A stretch of 64,000 nt of DNA, from assembly GCA_041192805.1 (NCBI GenBank), contig JBEEMF010000057.1, forward strand, positions 4,970-68,969, read 5' to 3'. Source of the DNA: Bacteroidota bacterium (GTDB lineage Bacteria; Bacteroidota; Bacteroidia; NS11-12g; UBA955). Numbering within the stretch: position 1 is the first letter of the stretch; each line of letters starts with the position of its first letter. Below, piece by piece: positions 32,541-41,163 of this stretch. Made by a program: the position numbers and the translations under genes. The notes beneath the pieces were generated by a model. That model ran no database searches. It was not told the DNA's origin and saw only the letters and a list, made by a program, of their open reading frames with translations.

Positions 32541-32659
32541 GGCCTAAACCCACGATTTTTAAGGAAAAGTTACAGGAATCATGGTCTAAAATGGATTGTG
32601 TAAAACTTTTGTTTTGTAATGATTTGTAAGGGGGTGCAAGACCTTCGTATTATTGCAGT

Positions 32660-33277
32660 ATGGCTAAGCACATTGCGGTTGCAGGTAACATCGGCGCGGG
32701 TAAAACCACACTCACCAATTTGCTCTCAAAACATTACGGTTGGGAGGTTCAATTGGAGGATATGGATGACAATCCGTACATCTCTGATTTTTACGAAGAC
32801 ATGCAACGTTGGAGTTTCAACTTGCAGGTGTATTTCCTAACTACGCGTTGGAAGGATATTCAAAAGATTCGCGGTGGTAAAAAGACTGTGATTCAGGACA
32901 GGACCATTTATGAGGATGCATACATTTTTGCGCCCAATTTGCATGCGATGGGTTTGATGAGCACCAGAGATTTTGAAAACTACAAGCAATTGTTTGATGC
33001 CATTAGCAATCAGATTGAAACACCGGATTTGTTGATTTACCTACGGGCCGGAATTCCCAAGCTGGTTCATCAGATTCAAATGCGGGGCAGGGATTATGAA
33101 GATGCCATCCGTTTGGATTACCTCAAACGTTTAAATGAGCGTTACGAAGCTTGGATTGCAAATTATACAGGTAAACTGTTGATTTTTAATGTTGACGATA
33201 TAGATTTTCAAGAGAATCCGGAACACGCCGCTGAAATCATCCAAAAAGTAGAGAGCACACTGAACGGTTTGTTCTAA
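32660..33277 (+). CDS. deoxynucleoside kinase
   Basis: 205 aa with P-loop GNIGAGKTT and the dNK-family DRTIYED and RGRDYE motifs. Confidence 0.85.
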   Translation: MAKHIAVAGNIGAGKTTLTNLLSKHYGWEVQLEDMDDNPYISDFYEDMQRWSFNLQVYFLTTRWKDIQKIRGGKKTVIQDRTIYEDAYIFAPNLHAMGLMSTRDFENYKQLFDAISNQIETPDLLIYLRAGIPKLVHQIQMRGRDYEDAIRLDYLKRLNERYEAWIANYTGKLLIFNVDDIDFQENPEHAAEIIQKVESTLNGLF

Positions 33278-35382
33278 TGCATTTTCAACAGCCAAATATG
33301 CTTTGGGGATTGCTTTTGCTGGCAATTCCGCTGTTGATTCACCTTTTTCAATTTCATAGAACCCAAACGATTTACTTTCCGGGTGTTTTTCGCTTAATTC
33401 AGCGATTGCAACACGCTAGGCAGCAAAAGAAGGTTCAGCATTGGATTGTTTTGCTCGCTCGTATGATGGCCATCACCTCTTTGGTGTTTGCTTTTGCGAT
33501 GCCGAGTTGTAGTTCATCCACGCGCAATCAAGAATACAGTCATGTGGTTGTGCTGTTCGATAACTCTTATTCTATGGGTACCAAAAATGCCGATGGAGTG
33601 ATCATCGAGCAAGCTAAGTCCCAAGCCAGAAAGATGTTGTTTGGTTTGGCTCAGGAGACACAGGTGAGGTTACTTACCCAAGATCCGTTGACCAACACTG
33701 GCTGGATGTCGCCCGCCCAAGCTTTGTCCGTTATCGATACGATTCCTCTTTGTCCGCAACAGCGAAAATGGTCTGATTGGATGGCTCAAGTGGATGAATT
33801 GCTGCACGAGGGTGGGATTTCGTCTCTCAAAGTCATGGCCTTTGGGGATGGTCAGCTATCGGCCTTGGATGCTAAACCTCAATTGTTATCGGCGCCTAAC
33901 GTAGATTGGGAATATGTTTTATATCCTTTGGATCCATCACAAGGGGGCGGTAACGTGGCGATAGATACTGTTTGGTACGAGAGTGTTTGGCAAAATGCCG
34001 ATGCCGGGTCTAATGTGTTGCTAAAGGCCAGGATTCGGAATTATTCGGAATCGTCCAAGGAAACATCGCTAAGAATGCTGGGTGAGAAAAAGACGATGCA
34101 CGTGAAGTCGGTGAAGTTGGAGGCCCAAGGAATTGCGGAAGTGGAATTCCCCCTGTCGGAGATCGAACTATCAAAGGCCAGTGCGCTGCAGTTGGATGAG
34201 GATGGGTTTGGGTACGACAATCAGAAATATTTGCATCCTATCAAACAGAATCAGACGGTGGTGTGTGTTTTGGGTACCGACAATGCGGTTTCTGCGATGT
34301 TTGCGTCACAGCCATTGCTAAAGAAAGTGGATTTTACAAGGTCCGATTTATTGGCGGGCGATAAAGGGATTTTGAGTTCTGCGCATGCCATTGTTTTGAT
34401 CAATGATGGGGTTTATTCGGGCCAAGAGTTGGCTGCCTTGAGAGATTTTGTGGCTTCTGGCAAGGTGGTACTGCAGTTTTTTGTCGATCCAATACGTCGG
34501 AAGAATTTGAATATAGGCTTTGGGGAATTGCGCGGTGAGTGGTTGGGCGGACAGGTGGCGAAAGGTGGTGTTTTAGGTAAAAGAAGTTCCGGTGCAGGCG
34601 GGGATATACAGATTGATCGGTTGGCGGTAGCGGGGGTTCAGCACCCCATATTTGAGAAGGCGTTTGGTGAATCTATATCGGAAAAGACGGAGATGCCTTG
34701 GGTGGGTGGCCATTTGAAATTGGAATCGTCGTTGGATTTTGAAACGGTACTGCAATTAGAAAGCGGTGATCCGATTTTGCTAAAAAGAGTTCAGGGCGCG
34801 GGTAGTTATTGGGTTTGGCTGAGTGATTTGCGCAGTGGAAGTCAATCTTTGAAGTCATCGGCGTGGTTTTTGCCCATTTTTACGCAGGTTATTGCTTCTT
34901 CTGCGGTGGTGGAGCAGCCACTGTATGGAGAATTGTTTAGTGGGAATTTGTTGCCTTTGCCAAGCGATGTGCAAGTAGATGAGCGCGCAGCTTCGCTGCG
35001 CGTCAAATCGGGTAACATCGTCATAGATTTACAACAGAATTCTAGCCAACATACTTCTATGTATGTAGGGTCTCAGCCCCAGTATCCTGGGTATTTCTGG
35101 TTGGTTGGTAGCGGTGGGAAGGACAGTGTAGAAGTTGCATTGAATTTGGGCCGACAAGAATCAGATTTGCGGAGTTTTGATGATTGGAAATCGATGTCGG
35201 TGCCTGGTGGAATTGGTTTAACTCTATCCAAAGGCGACGGAATCGCACCGATTATGCACAATGCCCCATTAAACACCCCTTGGCGCTTGTTTATATGGGG
35301 GGCTGCGTTTTTCTTCGCAGTAGAAGTTGTTATCATATTATTAAGACAAAAAATAATCCCATCTGAATCTGTAAAATCATGA
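33277..35382 (+). CDS. BatA-like membrane protein: N-terminal double-TM domain, vWA-like region, C-terminal TM anchor
   Basis: 701 aa. The MHFQQPNMLWGLLLLAIPLLIHLFQFHR N-terminus is typical of the aerotolerance BatA-type double-TM domain. A MIDAS-like VVVLFDNSYSMG motif and a C-terminal transmembrane helix are also present. It shares a TAATG overlap with the upstream kinase gene. Confidence 0.7.
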   Translation: MHFQQPNMLWGLLLLAIPLLIHLFQFHRTQTIYFPGVFRLIQRLQHARQQKKVQHWIVLLARMMAITSLVFAFAMPSCSSSTRNQEYSHVVVLFDNSYSMGTKNADGVIIEQAKSQARKMLFGLAQETQVRLLTQDPLTNTGWMSPAQALSVIDTIPLCPQQRKWSDWMAQVDELLHEGGISSLKVMAFGDGQLSALDAKPQLLSAPNVDWEYVLYPLDPSQGGGNVAIDTVWYESVWQNADAGSNVLLKARIRNYSESSKETSLRMLGEKKTMHVKSVKLEAQGIAEVEFPLSEIELSKASALQLDEDGFGYDNQKYLHPIKQNQTVVCVLGTDNAVSAMFASQPLLKKVDFTRSDLLAGDKGILSSAHAIVLINDGVYSGQELAALRDFVASGKVVLQFFVDPIRRKNLNIGFGELRGEWLGGQVAKGGVLGKRSSGAGGDIQIDRLAVAGVQHPIFEKAFGESISEKTEMPWVGGHLKLESSLDFETVLQLESGDPILLKRVQGAGSYWVWLSDLRSGSQSLKSSAWFLPIFTQVIASSAVVEQPLYGELFSGNLLPLPSDVQVDERAASLRVKSGNIVIDLQQNSSQHTSMYVGSQPQYPGYFWLVGSGGKDSVEVALNLGRQESDLRSFDDWKSMSVPGGIGLTLSKGDGIAPIMHNAPLNTPWRLFIWGAAFFFAVEVVIILLRQKIIPSESVKS

Positions 35383-36653
35383 GCCATACCGCATTACTTC
35401 AAAACGTCACTTTGTTTTCTCCGGGGCACCCGTTGCACAATCGAAGTGTGGAAATTGTGATTAAGGACGGCGTAATCTCGGCATTGGGTGAAGGACTTGG
35501 ATTGGCGGCCTCGGAGCTAATCGATGGTCAAGGCGCCTATGTTTCGATGGGTTGGATGGATCCCTTTGGCGTTTGTCCCGATCCAGGAGAGCCTTGGAAG
35601 GAAACGTTATTATCTTACAGCGAAGCAGCACAGAAAGGTGGATTTACGCAAGTGGCTGCGTTGTGTGGTAGCAATCCTAAGCCCGACAACGAATCTGTAA
35701 TCGCGCAGGTCAATGGCATCGGAAAAGGGTTGCCCGCGGAAATACTCCCATTGGGTTATAGCAGTGTTGGGGGTGAAGGCAAGGAGATGGCTGAGATGTA
35801 TGAAATGCATTTGTCTGGGGCGTTGGCTTTTACCGATGGGATAACAGGCAGTGCCTCTTTGGGTTTACGCACAAAATTGATGCAATATGCCCATTCTTTG
35901 GGTTTGAATTATATTCATTTTCCTTTTCAAAAGGCCTTGGCGCCGGATGGTAAGATTCATGAAGGTTTGGTAAATGCTAGTTTGGGATTCAAGGGGATTC
36001 CTTCTGTGAGCGAGACGGTGGAGCTATTGGCGGATATTGAGTTGGCGAAATATTTGAAGTCGCCTTTAAGGGTAATGGGTGTAAGTTCGGCAGAAAGCGT
36101 AGATGTCATCCGCAGGGCGAAAGCCGATGGCGTAGAGATTTATGCAGCGGTTCCAGTGTTGAACTTGATGTATACGGATGAGGCAATGTTGGATTTTGAT
36201 GAAAATTTGAAAGTGTTGCCCCCTTTGCGCGCCGAATCGGATAGGAAGGCGTTGCTTTTGGGTCTTTTGGACGGGACTCTTACCGCGGTGATGTCGAATC
36301 ACCATCCAGAAGATATCGAAAATAAAAAACTCGAATTTGATTATGCCGCTTGGGGTGCTGCCACTTTGATGCAAACTTTTTCGCTCATGTGTGAAGCGTT
36401 TCAATACGAAAGACCGGAGTTGTGGGTGCCTTTGTTGTTTCAGGGGAATCGACAATTTATGGGTGTTGCGTTGGATGCCATGGGTGAAGGGGCTGAGGCC
36501 AATTTGACTCTGTTTACATTAGATGGCGAATACTGTTTGATGGATGAGCGCAATCCAAGCAAGGCTTATAATGTACCTAGGAAAGCGGATGTATTGAAGG
36601 GGCGTGTTTTGGGAACCATCCGCAGAGGATGTTATATGAAAAATCATGATTGA
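35379..36653 (+). CDS. dihydroorotase-like amidohydrolase with degenerate active site (probably non-catalytic)
   Basis: 424 aa and collinear with type I dihydroorotases. The DxHxH motif reads D61-P-F63-G-V65, and the [ST]DHAPH motif reads S-N307-H-H-P-E. It has an ATGA overlap with the upstream gene and an 8-nt overlap with the downstream gene. Confidence 0.75.
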   Translation: MSHTALLQNVTLFSPGHPLHNRSVEIVIKDGVISALGEGLGLAASELIDGQGAYVSMGWMDPFGVCPDPGEPWKETLLSYSEAAQKGGFTQVAALCGSNPKPDNESVIAQVNGIGKGLPAEILPLGYSSVGGEGKEMAEMYEMHLSGALAFTDGITGSASLGLRTKLMQYAHSLGLNYIHFPFQKALAPDGKIHEGLVNASLGFKGIPSVSETVELLADIELAKYLKSPLRVMGVSSAESVDVIRRAKADGVEIYAAVPVLNLMYTDEAMLDFDENLKVLPPLRAESDRKALLLGLLDGTLTAVMSNHHPEDIENKKLEFDYAAWGAATLMQTFSLMCEAFQYERPELWVPLLFQGNRQFMGVALDAMGEGAEANLTLFTLDGEYCLMDERNPSKAYNVPRKADVLKGRVLGTIRRGCYMKNHD

Positions 36654-37224
36654 TAGGATAAAGTTGTTATTGAATCGCGCTTCGGTGTTCCACGGCTTGT
36701 TGGCTGGGGTGTTTATTTTTGTCGCCAAAGTCATCGTATATCTAACCCAACATTGGGAATATCGATTCTTACCGGCTTTTACGGTTCTTTCGTTTTTGAT
36801 CATTCTCTCGGCCATGATTATGGGCGGTTTGGGCGATCGAAAGCAATTGGAAGGCAGTTATTATCAATACAAACAGGCGCTCAGCAGTTGTTTTCGCGCG
36901 GTGTTTTTTGCAGTTCTAGTGGGGAGTTTTGCCGATTACGTGCTTTATAGCTTGGTTGATGTGACCTTGGTTGAGCAAACGAAGGGGATCCTGATTGAGC
37001 AGTTGCAAGATGGTTTGGGGCAAATGAAGTTCATGAGCAACGACGATTTTGATAAGTTGGTGAAGGAAATCAGAGCGGCGCAAATGGGCACCCTATGGAG
37101 CTATATTTCAGGTCTGCCGGGATTGGTATTGGCCAATATGTTTTTTGGTTTGATGGTTGCCCGATACTTACGAGTAAAAAAAGACGCCGATTGGCTGTCT
37201 GAGGATAACAGTCACATGGGCTAA
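36646..37224 (+). CDS. DUF4199-like membrane protein
   Basis: 192 aa with about 4 transmembrane helices. The architecture recalls Bacteroidota DUF4199 proteins. The family call is from memory only. Confidence 0.6.
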   Translation: MIDRIKLLLNRASVFHGLLAGVFIFVAKVIVYLTQHWEYRFLPAFTVLSFLIILSAMIMGGLGDRKQLEGSYYQYKQALSSCFRAVFFAVLVGSFADYVLYSLVDVTLVEQTKGILIEQLQDGLGQMKFMSNDDFDKLVKEIRAAQMGTLWSYISGLPGLVLANMFFGLMVARYLRVKKDADWLSEDNSHMG

Positions 37225-37258
37225 TCGCTCCCCAAACTATTTTTAAAACCTGTTATTT

Positions 37259-38062
37259 ATGATCAAATCAATTACTTCCGCGCAGAATCAATGGGTGAAA
37301 GATGTTTTGGCATTGCAGGAAAAGGCCAAGAACCGCAGGACTGCGGGTCAATTCACCGTGGAAGGTATCAATGAGATTCGTCTGGCCATGAAATCAGGGC
37401 TGGTGGTAAAGCAGTTGGCAATCAATCCAGATAAAATGTCGTGGAAGGAGTTAAAAACCTTGTTGAACGTGGGTCAGGAGTTGGATGCTACTTGGATGAT
37501 TGAAGTCCTCGGCTCGGCTTGGTCTAAGGTGGTTGTTAGGGAAAGCGGACAAAATGCGCTTGCGATATTTGAAATGCCTTCAGAGCCGTTGGAGTGGAAG
37601 CCAAAACCGGGCGGACTTTATTTGTTGGTTGAATCGGTGGAAAAACCGGGTAATTTGGGCGCTTTGCTTCGTTCTGCTGATGCCACTGCGGCAGATGGCG
37701 TGGTTATATGCGACGAACGCATCGATGCGTATCATCCGCAAGTGATTCGCAATAGCGTTGGGACAGTTTTTACGGTGCCATTGTTCGTAATGTCGGTTCA
37801 AAAGGCATGGGACATCATACAGTTCAATGAGGTGCGTCTTTACACAACCTTTATGGAGAATTCGAAAAGTGTTTGGGATATGGATCTCACGCAAACAACG
37901 GCAATGCTGGTGGGGACGGAGAGTGAAGGCGTTTCTGATTTTTGGAGAGATAAAGGCGTTAATATTAATATTCCCATGTTTGGGATGGTGGATAGTTTAA
38001 ATGTTTCTGTGGCGGCTTCATTGATGTTGTATGAGGCGAAACGACAAAGGGCCAAAAAATAA
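37259..38062 (+). CDS. TrmH/SpoU family RNA 2'-O-methyltransferase
   Basis: 267 aa with the SPOUT motifs VEKPGNLGALLRSA, LVGTESEGVS and NVSVAASLMLYE. Confidence 0.85.
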   Translation: MIKSITSAQNQWVKDVLALQEKAKNRRTAGQFTVEGINEIRLAMKSGLVVKQLAINPDKMSWKELKTLLNVGQELDATWMIEVLGSAWSKVVVRESGQNALAIFEMPSEPLEWKPKPGGLYLLVESVEKPGNLGALLRSADATAADGVVICDERIDAYHPQVIRNSVGTVFTVPLFVMSVQKAWDIIQFNEVRLYTTFMENSKSVWDMDLTQTTAMLVGTESEGVSDFWRDKGVNINIPMFGMVDSLNVSVAASLMLYEAKRQRAKK

Positions 38063-38069
38063 TCATTCG

Positions 38070-39467
38070 ATGAAGCAAATTGGAATACTGGGAGCGGGTA
38101 GAAGTGCGGGGTATTTGGTGGAATATTTGGGTGAGTATTGCGCTCGGGTGGGTAGAGAACTCTATGTCTATGATTTGGATTTCCATCGATTACAGCATTC
38201 GTTTACAGTGAACGAGAAAACGCATCTTGTGGTTGCCGATTTGTCGGATACCCAAGTAGTGTCGGATATTTTAAAGAATTTGGACGTGGTGGTGAGTGTT
38301 CTGCCTCCCCCAATGCACTTGCCTGTCGCCAATTTGTGTTTGGAGCATGGATGTCATCTTTTTACCGCCAGTTATACCTCGGAAGGGATGTTGGCACTGG
38401 ATGCGCAAGCCAAGGAAAAGGGTTTGCTATTCATGAATGAGTTGGGTTTAGATCCCGGAATTGATCATTTGTCGGCCAGTAAGTTGTTTGATCACGCCAA
38501 ATCGTTGGGTTTGGAGGTCGTTACGTTTGAAAGTCATTGCGGCGGTCTAGTTGATGAGGCTTGCTGTGAAAATAATCCTTGGAAATACAAGTTTACATGG
38601 AATCCCACCAACGTAGTTTTGGCAGGACAAGGCGGTTCTAGCATTTGGAAAGAGGAGGGCGAAGTGATGCAGTTGGATGGTCATTTCATTTTTGCCAATG
38701 CTAGAGAAATAACGGTGCCGGGGATTGGGGTGTTTGATGTTTATGCGAATCGAAATAGCTTGACCTATGAAAAATTATACGGGTTAACCAAGGCTAGGAC
38801 ATTGTTGCGCGGGACATTGCGACGTAGATATTTTTGCGCAGCGTGGGATGTTTTGGTATTGCAAGGATTTACAGATTCAAAAAATGTTTTGTTTGATGAA
38901 ATTGATTTGGGAAATGCTGAGGATTCGGATGCTGCGACTCGAGTGAATGAGACAGATAAATCACCCATGATAACGGCTGATATGTGGTTTTTCAAAGTCA
39001 CAGGTTGTTTGAATACGGATTTGTGGATTGAATCACTTTTGAGTTCAGGGGTTGATTTGGTAAATATCGAAGGACATTTGCGTTTTTTGCAATTGGAATT
39101 GGGCTGCGAGAATTTGGTTGTTGTGGGTAAAACATCAGCGCAAATTTTGGAGCAAATTTTATTGGATCGATGGGCCTTGGAAGCCAACCACCGCGATGAA
39201 GTTGTAATGGTTCATAAGTTGGGTGTGATGGATTCATTGGGTGATGAAAAGCATTGGTATTCTGTGTTGAAAGTGATGGGTGAGGGCGGTGATAGAACGG
39301 CCATGGCGAAAACGGTGGGATTGCCATTGGCGATGGGTGTGGAAACATTTTTGGAAGAGGAATACGCCGATCGTGGAGTGTGTTTGCCATTCGATAAATC
39401 ATGGTATGCGCTGATTTTAGAAAAGCTTGAGCGTCAAGGAATTGTCTTTGATGAACACTTGATTTAA
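38070..39467 (+). CDS. saccharopine dehydrogenase family protein
   Basis: N-terminal Rossmann motif ILGAGRSAGYLV and the central LDPGIDHL motif. Start set at ATG 38070. The longest ORF begins at 38031, inside the upstream gene. Confidence 0.8.
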   Translation: MKQIGILGAGRSAGYLVEYLGEYCARVGRELYVYDLDFHRLQHSFTVNEKTHLVVADLSDTQVVSDILKNLDVVVSVLPPPMHLPVANLCLEHGCHLFTASYTSEGMLALDAQAKEKGLLFMNELGLDPGIDHLSASKLFDHAKSLGLEVVTFESHCGGLVDEACCENNPWKYKFTWNPTNVVLAGQGGSSIWKEEGEVMQLDGHFIFANAREITVPGIGVFDVYANRNSLTYEKLYGLTKARTLLRGTLRRRYFCAAWDVLVLQGFTDSKNVLFDEIDLGNAEDSDAATRVNETDKSPMITADMWFFKVTGCLNTDLWIESLLSSGVDLVNIEGHLRFLQLELGCENLVVVGKTSAQILEQILLDRWALEANHRDEVVMVHKLGVMDSLGDEKHWYSVLKVMGEGGDRTAMAKTVGLPLAMGVETFLEEEYADRGVCLPFDKSWYALILEKLERQGIVFDEHLI

Positions 39468-39508
39468 AGCAATTATCCACAACCGCAGTTTGGGGGGTAT
39501 TTTGGCTT

Positions 39509-39516
39509 TAGTTTTG
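39509..39516 (+). promoter_or_regulatory. -7 box TAGTTTTG, 13 nt before WD40 gene ATG 39530
   Basis: TAnnTTTG match in the 62-nt intergenic region. Confidence 0.45.
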
Positions 39517-39529
39517 GTAGTCAAATCAT

Positions 39530-40648
39530 ATGAATATGTCACAGCGCCCTAAATCTTCATTTGTACAATTTAAGTCATTGATATTGGTCGTTTTGTTTGC
39601 AGTCGCAACGATTGCATCAAACGGGATATCTGCCCAAGCCACGGATACGGTATTTTCTGTGCAAGAAAAGTTGATGGGACATACATCTTCGACCGAATCG
39701 TTAGTGATTTCGCCTGATGGCAAATGGGTGGCTACGGGCGGTTGGGATCGTAAAATATTGCTGTATTCTATCGATACGCTGGGGATGTTTAAATTGGTAA
39801 AAACGTTTACGGGTCATAATGGGGCCGTTACCTGCCTAACATTTGATGCAGCGAGTACTTTATTGGCGTCAGGTTCCAAAGATTTCTCTCTGCGTGTGGT
39901 GAATGTTTTGGATGGGTCTTTGGTGTTTCAAACAATGGATCACCTCGATGCAATTACTGCGGTTGAATTTGAAGCGACAGGTAAATTTGTAATGTCGGCC
40001 TCCATGGATGGAACGATCAGATTGTACGATATCGCAAATCCTACAAACAATCAAAAGCCACGTTTTTATACCTATGGAAAGCCGGTGAATGATTTGATTA
40101 CAGCGCCAAATGGTAAGACATTTTTTGTCGCAAATAATGGTAATAACAACGTAGAATCGATTGATTTTACGGGTAAAGTATATCAAACATTTGCCGGGGT
40201 TCATACGATGCCGGTGAACTGTTTGGGCTTATCGAACAACAAGCGGATGATGGTTACGGGCGGGAACGACAAATCTGTGGTGGTTTGGGATATCGCAACG
40301 GAAAAGCCCTTGAAAACGTTGTTGGGACATACTTGGAAGGTGAATTCTGTGGCTTTTACCAAGAACGATCAATATTTGGTTTCTACGGGTAATGATGGAG
40401 AGATTCGGGTTTGGGATGTGAATACCGGTGTTTGTGTTTCGGTACAGAAGAACCTGATAAGCACTGCCAAAGAAGCCAGATTTACACCCAATAATAAATT
40501 GATGGTGGTTGCCGGTAAAATGTCGGCTCAGGGTGCCACATTTGGAGCGATTGTATATCGTACACCTCCAATTTGGACCGAGGCTAAGCCTGCGCCGGTG
40601 AAGCCTGCGCCGGTAAAATCGGCAACTCCTGCACGTCCGCGGAAGTGA
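39530..40648 (+). CDS. secreted/periplasmic WD40-repeat beta-propeller protein
   Basis: Signal peptide LILVVLFAVATIASNGISAQA, followed by about 7 WD-like blades (for example GHNGAVTCLTF...SGSKDFSLRV and GHTWKVNSVAF...TGNDGEIRVWD). The tail is Pro/Ala/Lys-rich with KPAPV repeated twice. Confidence 0.8.
   Translation: MNMSQRPKSSFVQFKSLILVVLFAVATIASNGISAQATDTVFSVQEKLMGHTSSTESLVISPDGKWVATGGWDRKILLYSIDTLGMFKLVKTFTGHNGAVTCLTFDAASTLLASGSKDFSLRVVNVLDGSLVFQTMDHLDAITAVEFEATGKFVMSASMDGTIRLYDIANPTNNQKPRFYTYGKPVNDLITAPNGKTFFVANNGNNNVESIDFTGKVYQTFAGVHTMPVNCLGLSNNKRMMVTGGNDKSVVVWDIATEKPLKTLLGHTWKVNSVAFTKNDQYLVSTGNDGEIRVWDVNTGVCVSVQKNLISTAKEARFTPNNKLMVVAGKMSAQGATFGAIVYRTPPIWTEAKPAPVKPAPVKSATPARPRK
40586..40615 (+). 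repeat. 15-bp tandem repeat x2 (aagcctgcgccggtg / aagcctgcgccggta) encoding KPAPV-KPAPV
   Basis: Direct reading of the sequence. The copies match at 14 of 15 positions and lie inside the 3' end of the WD40 gene. Confidence 0.9.
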
Positions 40649-40716
40649 GGTGTCCAACGGAATGACAGTTTTATAGATGTTGAAATTTGGATTCGTGAAG
40701 ATCCAATTGTGCGCTT

Positions 40717-40724
40717 TACATTTG
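40717..40724 (+). promoter_or_regulatory. -7 box TACATTTG, 4 nt before ridA ATG 40729
   Basis: TAnnTTTG match. Spacer tttt. Confidence 0.5.
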
Positions 40725-40728
40725 TTTT

Positions 40729-41148
40729 ATGTCTGATCAAAGTATCAATAGCGGAAAAGCGCCGGAGCCAGTGGGCTTGTATCCTCATGCCAAGAGGGTA
40801 GGTAATTTATTGTTTTTGAGTGGTGTGGGTCCGAGAGAGCGTGGGACCAAGCAAATTCCCGGGGTGATGTTAAACGAGGCGGGTGAGATTGAGAGTTACG
40901 ATATCGAGGCACAATGCAGAAGTGTATTTCAGAACGTGCGTTGGATTTTAGAGGATGCGGGAAGTTCTTGGGATAATATTGTGGATGTGACGGTCTTTTT
41001 GACCAATATGAAGGATGATTTCCCTACTTACAACCGATTGTGGGCCGAATATTTTGGTCAGAATCCGCCATGTAGAACCACATTGGAAATCAATTGTTTG
41101 CCAACTCCGATAGGGATCGAGTTGAAGGTGCTAGCCACCATTGATTAA
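40729..41148 (+). CDS. ridA: RidA/YjgF family reactive-intermediate deaminase
   Basis: 139 aa. The pattern PVGLYPHAKRVGNLLFLSGV ... VDVTVFL ... PCRTTLE is typical of the RidA/RutC family. Confidence 0.8.
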   Translation: MSDQSINSGKAPEPVGLYPHAKRVGNLLFLSGVGPRERGTKQIPGVMLNEAGEIESYDIEAQCRSVFQNVRWILEDAGSSWDNIVDVTVFLTNMKDDFPTYNRLWAEYFGQNPPCRTTLEINCLPTPIGIELKVLATID

Positions 41149-41163
41149 TTTCAATCCTGAATC

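Noticed and set aside
39473-39481. A perfect DnaA box, TTATCCACA, lies 6 nt after the saccharopine dehydrogenase stop.
   Set aside because: It is a single isolated 9-mer, and roughly 0.5 perfect occurrences are expected by chance in 64 kb on both strands. There is no second box, AT-rich unwinding element or cluster nearby, so it is not evidence for an origin.
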